Source: an uncultured cyanobacterium (lineage in GTDB: Bacteria; Cyanobacteriota; Cyanobacteriia; Cyanobacteriales; Cyanobacteriaceae). Taken from it: DNA of 64,000 nucleotides. The position numbers and the translations under genes were made by a program. The DNA is taken from assembly GCA_963749915.1 (NCBI GenBank), contig CAVVOP010000008.1, forward strand, positions 1 to 64,000. The letters are read 5' to 3'. The notes beneath the pieces are model-generated. The model saw only the letters and a program-made list of their open reading frames with translations. It was not told the origin of the DNA and ran no database searches. Positions 33,128 to 43,911 of the stretch are shown one piece after another. Every line of letters starts with the position of its first letter. Position 1 is the stretch's first letter.

Positions 33128-34120
33128 ATGATTAATATTAATTTTTCTCCGCAGGTTTACACACTATGTGTCGTTATCGTTAACTATCGAACTCCTGGGT
33201 TAACCATTGACTGTTTACAATCTTTACGGCCAGAAATTCAAACTTTGCCCCCCACAAAAGTCGTAGTAGTAGATAATAATTCTGGTGATAATTCTGTTTC
33301 CTTAATTCAAAATGCGATCGTCTCTAATAATTGGCAAGAGTGGACATCTGTCATTGCCTCTCCTGTTAATGGGGGATTCTCCTATGGTAATAATGTGGGC
33401 ATAAAAGCCATTCAAGCTGATAATTATTTACTCTTAAATAGTGATACCATAGTTCGCCATGGTGCAATTAAGATTTTATTCGATGCTTTAGAAAAATATC
33501 CCCCAGCTGGAATTATTAGTCCTCGTTTAGAATGGTTAGATGAAACACCTCAAATTAGTTGTTTTCGAGATAGATCGCCCATTAATGAGTTAATAAACGC
33601 AGCTAAAACAGGTATAGTCACCAAAATGTTAAATAAATATGATGTGCCTTTGCCCGTGAGTGACACCATCAGAGAAGTAGAATGGACTAGTTTTGCCTGT
33701 GTGTTAATCAGAAAGGACGTAATAGAGAAAATTGGTTTAATGGATGAAGATTATTTCATGTATTTTGATGACATTGACTATTGTCGCCGCACTAGGGAAG
33801 CCGGTTGGCAAATAATTCACTATCCGACTGCTAGAGTCGTACATCTCAGGGGAGGCAGTGGTTCGGTGAAAAAAGATCTTGCTAGTCGTAAACGCCCTCC
33901 TGCTTATCTTTATGCCTCTCGTTCTCGATATTTTGCCAAATTTTACGGTATATCTGGCTTATGGTTAGCCAATTTTTTATGGTTAATGGGACGCAGTCTT
34001 TCTATCATAAGAGAAATAATTGAGAGAAAACCCTCCCAAACTTGCGAATTGGAATCAAGGGATATTTGGTTCAACTGGTATAATCCCTTAAAACCTTTTA
34101 ATCATTTAGAAAGAACATAA
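33128..34120 (+). CDS. Glycosyltransferase family 2
   Basis: VIVNY, VVDNNSGD, LLLNSD and FMYFDDIDYC. Confidence 0.9.
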   Translation: MININFSPQVYTLCVVIVNYRTPGLTIDCLQSLRPEIQTLPPTKVVVVDNNSGDNSVSLIQNAIVSNNWQEWTSVIASPVNGGFSYGNNVGIKAIQADNYLLLNSDTIVRHGAIKILFDALEKYPPAGIISPRLEWLDETPQISCFRDRSPINELINAAKTGIVTKMLNKYDVPLPVSDTIREVEWTSFACVLIRKDVIEKIGLMDEDYFMYFDDIDYCRRTREAGWQIIHYPTARVVHLRGGSGSVKKDLASRKRPPAYLYASRSRYFAKFYGISGLWLANFLWLMGRSLSIIREIIERKPSQTCELESRDIWFNWYNPLKPFNHLERT

Positions 34121-34995
34121 TGACTAAATTACCTGATTTTTTAATTATTGGGGCGATGAAGTGTGCTACTAGTACCCTTCATGAACAATTAGCATTACAA
34201 TCTGGTATTTTCATGACAGAATTAAAAGAGCCTAATTTTTTTAGTAATGACGAAGAATACCAAAAGGGAATCGAATGGTATTTATCCCATTTTCAAAAGG
34301 CCAGTGAATATGATCTTTGTGGAGAATCTAGCACTCATTATACAAAACTACCGACTTATCCTCATACTATTGAGCGCATTAAAACCCACGTACCAGAGGT
34401 TAAATTTATTTATGTAATGCGTCATCCTCTCGATCGCCTTATCTCTCAATATATCCATGAGTGGACCCAAAGGGTAATCCATATAAATATTAATGAGGCG
34501 ATTAATCAATATCCAGAGTTAATTGCTTATAGTCAATATACTATGCAGATTAAACCTTATTTTGACACTTTTGGACAAGAGAGAGTTTTGCCGGTGTTTT
34601 TTGAAAGATTATTACAATATCCGCAAACAGAATTAGAAAGAATTGGTAAATTTATCGGTTATCCCCATCAACCTCAATGGCAAAATTTAGATGCTGTTAA
34701 TGTATCTACAGAAAGAATGCGCAATAGCACTTGGCGGGATTTGTTAGTGGAAGCACCTATATTAAAAGAAATTAGACAAAATTTGATTCCTAAAAGTTTT
34801 CGTAATTGGATTAAAAATTTATGGACAATGAAGGAAAAACCCCAATTGGAATCAGAAAAAATAGAATATTTAAAGTCAGTTTTTGATGAAGATTTAAAAA
34901 TATTAGGAGGTTGGCTCGGAATACAATTGAATTGTGATAACTATAAAGAAGTAGTTGAAGAGTCAGAATTGAATTGGAAAATTACTATTTCTTAA
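34120..34995 (+). CDS. Sulfotransferase
   Basis: PAPS-binding IIGAMKCATSTL, KEPNFF and RHPLDRLISQY; TAATG overlap with the GT2 gene. Confidence 0.9.
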   Translation: MTKLPDFLIIGAMKCATSTLHEQLALQSGIFMTELKEPNFFSNDEEYQKGIEWYLSHFQKASEYDLCGESSTHYTKLPTYPHTIERIKTHVPEVKFIYVMRHPLDRLISQYIHEWTQRVIHININEAINQYPELIAYSQYTMQIKPYFDTFGQERVLPVFFERLLQYPQTELERIGKFIGYPHQPQWQNLDAVNVSTERMRNSTWRDLLVEAPILKEIRQNLIPKSFRNWIKNLWTMKEKPQLESEKIEYLKSVFDEDLKILGGWLGIQLNCDNYKEVVEESELNWKITIS

Positions 34996-35128
34996 TCTTC
35001 CAATTCTGTAAAACTGAAATAGCGATCGCAGTTATCCCCCCAATTCGAGAATCCAATTAAAAAGATTTTTGTTCAAAGTTCAATTAAAAAATGGCTACAC
35101 TTAATAAAAGTAATAGGAGAGATTAATC

Positions 35129-35782
35129 ATGAAAGTATTTGTTGCAGGTGCCACGGGACAAACTGGTAGCAGAATTGTAGCGGAATTAGTAAAACGTAAT
35201 ATTTCTGTCTGTGCCTTAGTCAGAGATGAAAGTAAAGCGTCTGAAATTTTACCCCCTTCCGTTGAGTTGGTAATTGGTGATATTCTTCAACCGTCCTCTT
35301 TTTCTTCTGCCCTAACTGACTGTGATATTGTGATTTGTGCCACTGGTGCAACTCCTAGTTTGGATCCAACTGCTTTTTACAAAGTGGATTATGAGGGTAG
35401 TAAAAATCTGATTAATTTGGCGAAGGAAAATAAGATCGAAAAATTTATTTTTGTCACTTCTTTATGCGTATCAAAATTCTTTCATCCCCTTAACTTATTT
35501 GGTTTGGTATTATTCTGGAAAAAACAAGCAGAAAAATATTTAATCGACAGTGGCTTAAACTACACTATTGTGCGTCCGGCAGGATTAAAAAACGAGAACA
35601 ATCAATATCCGTTAGTTGTTAGTGGTGCTGATACTTTATTTGAAGGTTCAATTCCTCGAATAAAAGTGGCAGAAGTTTGTGTAGAATCCATTTTTCACCC
35701 TGAAACCAATAATCGTATTTTAGAGATAGTAGCCAAAGAAGATGCTCCCGATCAAGACTGGAATCAATTATTTGCAGTTTAA
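35129..35782 (+). CDS. Atypical SDR / NAD(P)-binding oxidoreductase
   Basis: VAGATGQTG and YTIVRP. Confidence 0.88.
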   Translation: MKVFVAGATGQTGSRIVAELVKRNISVCALVRDESKASEILPPSVELVIGDILQPSSFSSALTDCDIVICATGATPSLDPTAFYKVDYEGSKNLINLAKENKIEKFIFVTSLCVSKFFHPLNLFGLVLFWKKQAEKYLIDSGLNYTIVRPAGLKNENNQYPLVVSGADTLFEGSIPRIKVAEVCVESIFHPETNNRILEIVAKEDAPDQDWNQLFAV

Positions 35783-36013
35783 TTGAAATTTCTTTCAAAT
35801 ATTGTGACCCATTAAAATTGTCCCAACTTAAGTGATCTAATTCTCTGTCCGTGGTTCTTAATTTTTCTTGAATACTTAAAGCGTTTTCTGAATCCCACCC
35901 ATTTTTTCGCTCACCCTGTACAAAATATTATGTTAAAGATGTAATCTTATTATCCTGCTTCAAACTGGGATAAAATACTTAACCAAAGAGAACACATAGG
36001 GGAATAACTGTTA

Positions 36014-36931
36014 ATGAGAGAAAAAATTACCATCCTCAAAGAAAATTTAGCCCGTACAATTGTAGGAAAGGAAGATACGATTAAATTAGTTATAGTTGCC
36101 TTATTGAGTGGTGGTCATGTTTTACTAGAAGATGTCCCTGGTGTAGGAAAAACTTTACTAGCCAAGTCTCTTGCCCGTTCTATTCACGGCAAATTTCAGC
36201 GCATTCAATGCACTCCTGATTTATTACCTAGTGATGTTACAGGTACAAATATATGGAATCCTAACACTAGAGAATTCGAATTTTTATCGGGTCCCGCTTT
36301 TGCTAATATACTACTAACAGACGAAATTAATAGGGCAACCCCTCGCACCCAATCATCTCTTTTAGAAGTAATGGAAGAAAAGCAAATTACCGTTGATGGT
36401 GTCGCCCGTTTTGTCCCTTCCCCATTCTTCGTGATTGCCACTCAAAACCCCATAGAATATCAAGGCACATTTCCTCTACCAGAGGCACAAATGGATCGTT
36501 TCGCTATATCTCTTAGTTTGGGTTACCCTTCTTTTGAAGAAGAATTGCAGATGTTGGATAAACAATTAAGCTCAGCCTTTGTTAATGAACTTTCTCCCTG
36601 TATTAGTTTGGAAGAAGTTATAGAATTACAAAGACAAGTATCTCACATCACAGTATCACCAGAAATACAAAAATATATTATAAACTTGATTACCGCTTCC
36701 CGTAATGATGACGACATTATTTTAGGGGTAAGTCCTCGTGGTACTGTAACCTTACAAAAAACTAGTCAGGCATTGGCATTTTTAGAGGGTAGAGATTATG
36801 TTATTCCCGATGACATCAAATTTTTAGCACCAAATGTCTTGTCTCATCGTCTCATCCCCGCCGGAGGAAGAAATGCTAAGGTGATAGTGGCCCGTTTACT
36901 AAATACGGTGGCCGTAGAAATGGACAATTAA
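36014..36931 (+). CDS. MoxR-family AAA+ ATPase
   Basis: LEDVPGVGKT, DEINRA and ATQNPIEYQGTFPLPEAQMDRF. Confidence 0.94.
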   Translation: MREKITILKENLARTIVGKEDTIKLVIVALLSGGHVLLEDVPGVGKTLLAKSLARSIHGKFQRIQCTPDLLPSDVTGTNIWNPNTREFEFLSGPAFANILLTDEINRATPRTQSSLLEVMEEKQITVDGVARFVPSPFFVIATQNPIEYQGTFPLPEAQMDRFAISLSLGYPSFEEELQMLDKQLSSAFVNELSPCISLEEVIELQRQVSHITVSPEIQKYIINLITASRNDDDIILGVSPRGTVTLQKTSQALAFLEGRDYVIPDDIKFLAPNVLSHRLIPAGGRNAKVIVARLLNTVAVEMDN

Positions 36932-36991
36932 CAATTAATTAACGATGTTCACTGAAAATTTATTAGTTCTTCATTCGTAATTTCCTATTTA

Positions 36992-37510
36992 ATGTTGTGG
37001 GATGGTAAAGGTTTTAAAATGGTCAAAAAACACTGGGTTACACTGATTATAGGCTTTATTCTTGGCTGGAGTGTTATTTTGGGGTGGGTTACATCTTATA
37101 GTTTTAACTCTATGGCCATCGCTCAAGGCACAAAATCCGTAGATAAAGCCACAGGCAACTTTAAGATAGGAGAAGACTTATATTTAGAAAACTGTGCTAC
37201 TTGTCACATACCGATTCCTCCTGCTGTGTTACCACAAGAAACATGGCAAACAATTTTAGAAACTCCTGGAAATCATTATGGCACCAAGGTAGAGGGATTA
37301 ACGGGTTTTACTCAACGGTTAATGTGGCAATATTTACAAAATTATTCCAGACAGTTATTAAAAGACGAATTTCAACCAAAATTTATGGCTCAATCCCGTT
37401 ATTTTTTTGCCCTTCATCCTCAAGTAAACTTACCCTCTCCTATTACTCTTAATAGTTGTCTTGAATGTCATTCTCAAGCAGAAAATTTTGATTATAGCGA
37501 TGATAATTAG
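36992..37510 (+). CDS. Diheme cytochrome c
   Basis: N-terminal membrane anchor; CATCH and CLECH heme motifs. Confidence 0.85.
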   Translation: MLWDGKGFKMVKKHWVTLIIGFILGWSVILGWVTSYSFNSMAIAQGTKSVDKATGNFKIGEDLYLENCATCHIPIPPAVLPQETWQTILETPGNHYGTKVEGLTGFTQRLMWQYLQNYSRQLLKDEFQPKFMAQSRYFFALHPQVNLPSPITLNSCLECHSQAENFDYSDDN

Positions 37511-37559
37511 GAACATAGACAAATTGCTTTACCTATTCAGTAATGCAAAAAAACAAAAA

Positions 37560-37602
37560 GACAGGTAATGGAATAAAACCTGTCCTTCCGATTCTTTTTT
37601 TT
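37560..37602. terminator. Probable bidirectional intrinsic terminator
   Basis: GACAGGT...ACCTGTC hairpin with an A-tract before and a T-tract after, between convergent genes. Confidence 0.55.
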
Positions 37603-37645
37603 CAGTAGAGTAGGCCATGCCCACGAAGAAATCTATTTTAATAAA

Positions 37646-38026
37646 CTATTTCACAGTTGCTTTAGCACCAGCTTCTTCTAACTGTTTCTTGATAGCTTCA
37701 GCTTCTTCTTTCCCAACGGCTTCTTTAACTGCTTTAGGTGCGGATTCCACTAATTCTTTGGTTTCTTTTAAACCTAAACCGGTGATAGTACGAACGACTT
37801 TAAGAACATCCATTTTCTTGTCACCGAAACTTTCTAAGATAACCTCAAATTCGGTTTGTTCTTCAACTTCTTCAGCAGGAGCAGCTGCAGCCGCTACAAC
37901 AACACCACCAGCGGGAGCTGCAGCACTTACGCCAAAGACCTCTTCTATTTGTTTAACTAATTCAGAGGCTTCTAATAAACTTAAGGTTTTTAACTCTTCA
38001 ACGATATTTGCTACTTTACTAGACAT
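37646..38026 (-). CDS. rplL: 50S ribosomal protein L7/L12
   Basis: [25 protein letters not shown]...[12 protein letters not shown]; true start is ATG 38026. Confidence 0.97.
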   Translation of the reverse strand: MSSKVANIVEELKTLSLLEASELVKQIEEVFGVSAAAPAGGVVVAAAAAPAEEVEEQTEFEVILESFGDKKMDVLKVVRTITGLGLKETKELVESAPKAVKEAVGKEEAEAIKKQLEEAGAKATVK

Positions 38027-38084
38027 AATTAAAATTGATCTCCTTCGTACAATTAATTTGGATAAACAGTGAAACCGACTATAG

Positions 38085-38627
38085 TTAAGCGGCTTCTTTT
38101 TGAGATTTGACAGCATCGATAGCACGAGCCAAAGAAGTAGGCAACTCGTTAATACCACGAGCCACTTTCGTCGTAATAGCATTGATTGAACCAGCGATTT
38201 GGGCAATGAGTTGCTCTTTGGTCGGCAAATCAGCTAAGGCTTTAACTTGGGCTTCACTGAGGGCCTGGCCTTCCATGACACCCCCTCGTAATTCGCTTTT
38301 CTTACGCTCTTTTTGGAATCCTTGATAAGCACGAACGGCAGTACCAATATTCTCTTCATCAGCTAAAACAAAAGCAGAAGTACCTTTTAAGTAAGGGTTA
38401 ATGGCTTCCCATTTCTCGTTACCTTCGACGGCTTTGCTCATTAAGGTGTTTTTTGTGACCTTGCAGATATTACCGCTTTCTCTTAACCGGTTACGTAAAT
38501 CGGTAATGTCAGCAACACTAAGCCCTTGGTAATCAACGACGAATGCCAATTGAGATTTATCAAGTAACTGTTTAATTTCAGCTACTTCTTTTTTCTTGCT
38601 TTCTAGGGATTTAGATATTGTTCTCAC
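38085..38627 (-). CDS. rplJ: 50S ribosomal protein L10 (start GTG 38627, or more likely ATA 38618)
   Basis: DYQGLSV, KVTKNTL and [13 protein letters not shown]. Confidence 0.96.
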   Translation of the reverse strand: MRTISKSLESKKKEVAEIKQLLDKSQLAFVVDYQGLSVADITDLRNRLRESGNICKVTKNTLMSKAVEGNEKWEAINPYLKGTSAFVLADEENIGTAVRAYQGFQKERKKSELRGGVMEGQALSEAQVKALADLPTKEQLIAQIAGSINAITTKVARGINELPTSLARAIDAVKSQKEAA

Positions 38628-38704
38628 CTCCTTGGGTGTTAAATTTTGTTGTCTTTGAATTTGATTTTTCGTAAAACCAAAAATATTTATCGACCAACGG
38701 GCAC

Positions 38705-38885
38705 TAAAAAACCCAAGCCATATTTAGCCGGGTTCTCTGGTTGATGTATTGAGATAATTTTTTATGATAAACAGTGCCTCAAGAAAATATTAACTTTCTC
38801 AAAAACCACCTTTACTTAGTATCTGCATCAACCTAGGCAGGGATATTAAGCTACTAATTAGCTCCTGCTGTCTTCGGCTTGTTGC
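38705..38885 (-). promoter_or_regulatory. L10 leader RNA (autogenous control)
   Basis: The minus strand reads AAGCCGAAGACAGCAGG...TAATATCCCTGCCTAGG, then a CCCGGC..GCTTGGG hairpin plus U-tract, upstream of rplJ. Confidence 0.75.
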
Positions 38886-39092
38886 CAAATTTAATATATA
38901 TTTTGACCTGAACAAGTAATTATAACTAAAATAACTCTTTTTTGCAATAGGTTTTTGGTTATCCATATCAATCCTCTCTTCTGCCTTCTACTGACAAATT
39001 AAACAGGGGGTTTTGTGCAAAGATAACCTATAATTAATTGAGAACAAAATCAAAAAGTAATTGTTAATTGTTATATTATTAGTTGTCATTGT

Positions 39093-40526
39093 ATGTCTTT
39101 CCAAGCTAATCCGATTAAATTTGGCACCGATGGTTGGCGTGGGGTTATTGCCGCCGATTTTACCTTTGACCGTGTGGCTAAGTTAGCTCCCGTATGTGCT
39201 CAAGTTTTACGAGAATCTAATCCTAATTCTCATTCAATGATTGTCGGTTACGATCGCCGTTTTATGGCGGAAGATTTTGCTCGTCTCGCGGCGGAGACTT
39301 TACAAGAATCTGGTTTTGATGTGCTACTTTCAGAAAGTTTTGCCCCCACTCCTGCTTTTAGTTGGGCGGCAAAGGCTGAAAATGCTCTGGGTGCATTAGT
39401 ATTAACGGCTAGTCATAATCCAGCTAAATATTTAGGTTTAAAGGTAAAAGGCGGTTTTGGTGGTTCAGTTCCGGGGGATGTTACCGCTAAAATTGAATCT
39501 ATGTTGAATTCTGATACCCCAAGGTTAGAAAAGAAAGGCACTTTAACCCTGTTTGATCCTTGGGAAAGTTACTGTAATCAGCTGAGATCCCTTGTTAACA
39601 TTGATTTGATTAAAAATGCCGTCACTTCTGGCAAATTAAAAATTTTAGTTGACGTTATGCACGGGGCGGCTTCCACAGGTTTAAGTCGTTTGCTGGGTTG
39701 TGATATACCCGAAATAAACGCGGAGAGAGACCCTCTATTTGGAGGGGGGGCACCTGAGCCTTTACCACGCTATATCTCTGAGTTATTTCGGCAGGTCAAA
39801 GAAACGGCAAAAACTCATCCCCATAGCCTTAGAGTCGGTTTAGTGTTTGATGGAGACTGCGATCGCATTGCCTCCCTTGACGGCAACGGAAACTTCTGTA
39901 GTACTCAGATTTTGATTCCCATTTTAATAGAACATTTAGCCAGCCGTCGCAAATTAAAGGGAGAAATTGTCAAAACCGTGAGCGGCTCGGATTTAATCCC
40001 TAAAATAGCTGATTTATTTAATGTTCCCCTTTATGAAACGGCCATAGGTTATAAATATATTGCAGAAAGAATGTTAACTTCTCAAGTGCTAGTAGGGGGA
40101 GAAGAATCCGGCGGCGTGGGCTATAGTAATCATATTCCTGAGCGTGACGCTTTATTATCGGCGTTGTATGTATTAGAGGCAGTAGTAGAGTCAGGAAAAG
40201 ACATCTCGACTTTATACAATAATTTACAACAACAAGTCAACTTTGATTCAAGTTACGATCGCATTGATTTAACCCTAGCAAATATAGAGCAAAAAAAACA
40301 ACTACAGGAAAGATTAGAAAGCACACCCTTAAACGAAATTGCAGGGAAAAAAGTAACTGATTGTTTAGCCATTGACGGTTATAAATATCGCCTTGAAGAT
40401 AACAGTTGGTTATTAATTCGTTTTAGTGGTACTGAACCATTGTTACGTCTATATTCTGAAGCTCCTACATTAAAAATTGTGCAAGAGAATCTAGCATGGG
40501 CGAAAAAATGGGCAAACAATAATTGA
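39093..40526 (+). CDS. Phosphoglucomutase/phosphomannomutase family protein
   Basis: FGTDGWRG, TASHNP, DGDCDR and GEESGG. Confidence 0.93.
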   Translation: MSFQANPIKFGTDGWRGVIAADFTFDRVAKLAPVCAQVLRESNPNSHSMIVGYDRRFMAEDFARLAAETLQESGFDVLLSESFAPTPAFSWAAKAENALGALVLTASHNPAKYLGLKVKGGFGGSVPGDVTAKIESMLNSDTPRLEKKGTLTLFDPWESYCNQLRSLVNIDLIKNAVTSGKLKILVDVMHGAASTGLSRLLGCDIPEINAERDPLFGGGAPEPLPRYISELFRQVKETAKTHPHSLRVGLVFDGDCDRIASLDGNGNFCSTQILIPILIEHLASRRKLKGEIVKTVSGSDLIPKIADLFNVPLYETAIGYKYIAERMLTSQVLVGGEESGGVGYSNHIPERDALLSALYVLEAVVESGKDISTLYNNLQQQVNFDSSYDRIDLTLANIEQKKQLQERLESTPLNEIAGKKVTDCLAIDGYKYRLEDNSWLLIRFSGTEPLLRLYSEAPTLKIVQENLAWAKKWANNN

Positions 40527-40718
40527 TAATTAATGACTATAGAACTTACCCACATGAGCACATAAAACACTATTTATGGTGGTAAGGTAAGGAGTGCATT
40601 ACTTACACTTGGGCTCTCTATTTTATTTACACAGTTCATTTAGATTTATCATTGTCCATTTCCCATTCTTTTCTTTGTCCAAAAATACTCATTATTAACT
40701 TTCTTAAATCATAAAAAA

Positions 40719-41666
40719 ATGTCCGCTCAAATTGAACCAAAATTAATTATTCACGGTGGTGCCGGTAGTTCCCTCAAAGGAAAAGGCGGATTAGAGGTTG
40801 TGCGTCAATCTTTACATGAAATTGTGGGGCAGGTATATCAATTATTATTAGATGGTAAAAGTGCCACGGAGGCTGTGATAAAAGGATGCCAGTTACTGGA
40901 AGACAATCCTCGTTTTAATGCTGGTACTGGTTCAGTTCTACAATCTGACGGACAAATTAGAATGAGTGCATCGTTGATGGATGGAGAAAAACAAAGATTT
41001 AGTGGTGTAATTAATGTTTCTAGGGTTAAAAATCCCATTAATTTAGCGCAAACACTCCAAAATCAAGATGATCGTGTTTTATCAGATTATGGTAGTGCAG
41101 AATTACTCAGAGAATTACACTCACCCATATATGATCCTTTGACAGAACTAAGATTACATGAGTGGATTGAAGAAAGAAAGGCAAATTTCACCAGAAAAAT
41201 GGCTGGAGTAGTAGCCGAAAGTAGTGACAATGTTCGTAAAGGTACAATTGGAGTTGTCGCCCTTGATAAACAAGGTAGAATTAGTGCGGGTACTTCCACC
41301 GGCGGTAAAGGTTTAGAAAGAATTGGTAGGGTGAGTGACTCGGCCATGCCTGCGGGTAATTATGCTAATGGTCAAGCAGGAGTCAGCTGTACTGGTATAG
41401 GAGAGGATATTATTGACGAATGTTTAGCTGCCAAGGTAGTAATTCGTGCCACTGACGGTTTATCTTTAGCTGAAGCGATGGAAAAATCGATGAAAGAGGC
41501 TTCCTTAAATAAACGGGATTTAGGGGCTATTTCCCTTGATCGTCATGGCAAAATAGTGTGGGGTAAAACTAGCGAAGTATTATTAGCAGCTTATCATAAC
41601 GGTAAAAACATAGGGGATTCCCTAGAATGGTACGACGACAATAAGTTAATTGATATATCTGAATAA
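40719..41666 (+). CDS. Isoaspartyl peptidase/L-asparaginase
   Basis: IIHGGAG, GTIGVVA, TSTGG and GRVSDS. Confidence 0.93.
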   Translation: MSAQIEPKLIIHGGAGSSLKGKGGLEVVRQSLHEIVGQVYQLLLDGKSATEAVIKGCQLLEDNPRFNAGTGSVLQSDGQIRMSASLMDGEKQRFSGVINVSRVKNPINLAQTLQNQDDRVLSDYGSAELLRELHSPIYDPLTELRLHEWIEERKANFTRKMAGVVAESSDNVRKGTIGVVALDKQGRISAGTSTGGKGLERIGRVSDSAMPAGNYANGQAGVSCTGIGEDIIDECLAAKVVIRATDGLSLAEAMEKSMKEASLNKRDLGAISLDRHGKIVWGKTSEVLLAAYHNGKNIGDSLEWYDDNKLIDISE

Positions 41667-41797
41667 CTGACGTTACCTAAACGTTTCTTAACTTATTTTC
41701 ATATTTCTCTAGGAAAACGGCTAAAAATCTAAGACAATAGAAAGAAATAGAATAATTTTGTAGAATGGATTAAGTAATAGGATTAGTTAAATATTAT

Positions 41798-42028
41798 ATG
41801 AACAATAACACTTTGTCTGAAGGACGTGGCATCGATAAGGTAGAAATGTCTATTCACCTTGATTCTGAATTGGTAGAAAAAATTAAACACCTAACTAACG
41901 ATCCTAGTCGAGTGATTGAATCTGCACTCAAAGAATGGTTAAAAGGTGAGAAACCACAAGATGATGATTTAACTCGTACTTTACGCCGCAATCCCCCTGT
42001 TCCTCCTAGAGGGGAATGGAATGACTAA
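41798..42028 (+). CDS. Small conserved cyanobacterial protein, ribbon-helix-helix-like
   Basis: EMSIHLDSELVEKI...PSRVIESALKEWL and PPRGEWND. Confidence 0.65.
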   Translation: MNNNTLSEGRGIDKVEMSIHLDSELVEKIKHLTNDPSRVIESALKEWLKGEKPQDDDLTRTLRRNPPVPPRGEWND

Positions 42029-42135
42029 CAATAAACAATTAATACAATGAACAATTAAAGAGAAAATCTCCCTAGTCCTCTGGTATTTTTCTGTACCTAT
42101 CTTCTCGTCGATTTCCTATTCCTCCCAGAAAATCA

Positions 42136-43776
42136 ATGACATTAAACCAAATACAACAAAACTGTCAAAATCTTTCTAGTTTAGGAGCAGAATTAGTCTT
42201 TACTCAAGATAGTTTGGGTAATTATCATTCTTTTTACTGGCGATCGACCATAGCGGAGCTGAGTTCAGAACCTGATTCAACGGGAATAAAACTATATCCT
42301 CTGGTTAGGCACACTTATCTCGAACGCATAGAAAGAGTCTTAAATCGAAAAATCCCTGAGCAGTGTCATTGTATTTTGTGCTATGAGACTTACGCTCTTC
42401 CTTTTGAGTTGATTATCAGCCCCATTATTCTTGCCAATGGTAAAGCCGAATTAGTATTGGTTATGGGACGTCTTTTACCTGAGCAGGAAATGTCCTTAAC
42501 TTCTTCTTCGTCACTGCCGACAAATCCTGATCCCTACCAAAAATTACTGACCAATATAGCCCGTAAAATTCGTCGTACCCTTGACTTAGAAACTATTTGG
42601 CAACAAACGGTAGATAGTATTGGTGAAGGTTTGATGGTTAATCGTTGTCTTTTATTAGCACCGACGGATCAGGATGAATACTTAGAAATAAAGGCAGAAT
42701 ACTGCGACCCTAATTACAACTCCCTGTTAGGATACCGTTTCAACTTTCATAATTATGAGGAAATTAAAGAAGCGATTTTATTTCGAAAACCGACCTATAT
42801 TGATTTAGAGGGTAGGACTTCTTCTCAAGCTTTATCAATTTTATTAGTGCCTACCTTCCACCAACAAGAATTTAATGGGATTATTTCTCTCCATCAGTGT
42901 GATCGTCGTCGACAATGGAATCAAGCGGAATTAGAGCTGGTGCAAGAATTAGCCGATCAAGTAGGCACAGCCATCGCCCATGCTACCATCTATCATAAAC
43001 TAGAACTAGCAAATACAGAAGCTAAAGAAGCATCTAGATTAAAAAGTGAATTTTTAGCTAGTACAAGCCATGAATTAAGAACACCCTTGAACGGAATCTT
43101 AGGTTTTTTAAGGTTGGTTTTAGACGACATGGCTGACGATGTAGAAGAAGAAAGACAATTTATCGATCAAGCCTATCACTCAGCACTACATTTATTAAAC
43201 TTGATCAATGATATTTTAGACATAGCCAAAATCGAAGCCGGAAAATTAGAATTTGAATTAGAATCTATTTCTCTAAACGAAATTTGCGATGAAATTTATA
43301 AATTTGCCCATACTCAAGGAAAGAAAAAAGGTCTCTATTTCAACATTAATTTACCCTCCACCTATGATCAAGTTTCAGTCTATGGAGATTATCAAAGACT
43401 ATTACAAGTAATGCTCAACCTTGTGGGAAACTCCCTGAAATTCACCCCAGTCGGCGGCATCGATATTACAGCAGAAATTATCCCCAAAAAAGTAACCCTT
43501 CACGACACGAATCTTCCTGGTATGGTCAAAATCAGCGTTGCGGATACAGGTATCGGGGTTTCTTTGGAGAAACAAGACAAACTATTTGAAACATTCTATC
43601 AGGTAGATGGTTCTCGTACTAAGGCTTATGGCGGTACTGGTTTAGGTTTGGCAATTTCTAAACGTTTAATTGAGGCCATGGGGGGTAAAATTTCTTTTTA
43701 TAGCATGGGTGAAGGATTAGGCTCTACAGTTACATTAACAGTTCCCCTTTCTCAGTTACCAGTTTTGAAAACCTAG
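42136..43776 (+). CDS. GAF sensor histidine kinase
   Basis: GAF domain (IRRTLDLETIWQQTV...HQCDRRRQW); SHELRTPLN and GGTGLGL. Confidence 0.92.
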   Translation: MTLNQIQQNCQNLSSLGAELVFTQDSLGNYHSFYWRSTIAELSSEPDSTGIKLYPLVRHTYLERIERVLNRKIPEQCHCILCYETYALPFELIISPIILANGKAELVLVMGRLLPEQEMSLTSSSSLPTNPDPYQKLLTNIARKIRRTLDLETIWQQTVDSIGEGLMVNRCLLLAPTDQDEYLEIKAEYCDPNYNSLLGYRFNFHNYEEIKEAILFRKPTYIDLEGRTSSQALSILLVPTFHQQEFNGIISLHQCDRRRQWNQAELELVQELADQVGTAIAHATIYHKLELANTEAKEASRLKSEFLASTSHELRTPLNGILGFLRLVLDDMADDVEEERQFIDQAYHSALHLLNLINDILDIAKIEAGKLEFELESISLNEICDEIYKFAHTQGKKKGLYFNINLPSTYDQVSVYGDYQRLLQVMLNLVGNSLKFTPVGGIDITAEIIPKKVTLHDTNLPGMVKISVADTGIGVSLEKQDKLFETFYQVDGSRTKAYGGTGLGLAISKRLIEAMGGKISFYSMGEGLGSTVTLTVPLSQLPVLKT

Positions 43777-43911
43777 GGATAACAAACAATAATTAACTAT
43801 CTTTTCCCGTCCTCTAGCCTCTGGTCTTGTATCTGTCCACCTTGTCTTTCTGGACTCGCAACTCCCCTTATCCGTTATCATATTTGAAATGTTGAGATTT
43901 AACCGTCAAAA

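Noticed and set aside
37646..38206. 186-aa extended rplL ORF
   Set aside because: The extension overlaps rplJ in another frame; L12 homology begins at ATG 38026 behind an AAGGAG site.
41798..42028. Toxin-antitoxin module
   Set aside because: The small protein looks antitoxin-like, but its neighbours are an asparaginase and a histidine kinase, with no toxin.
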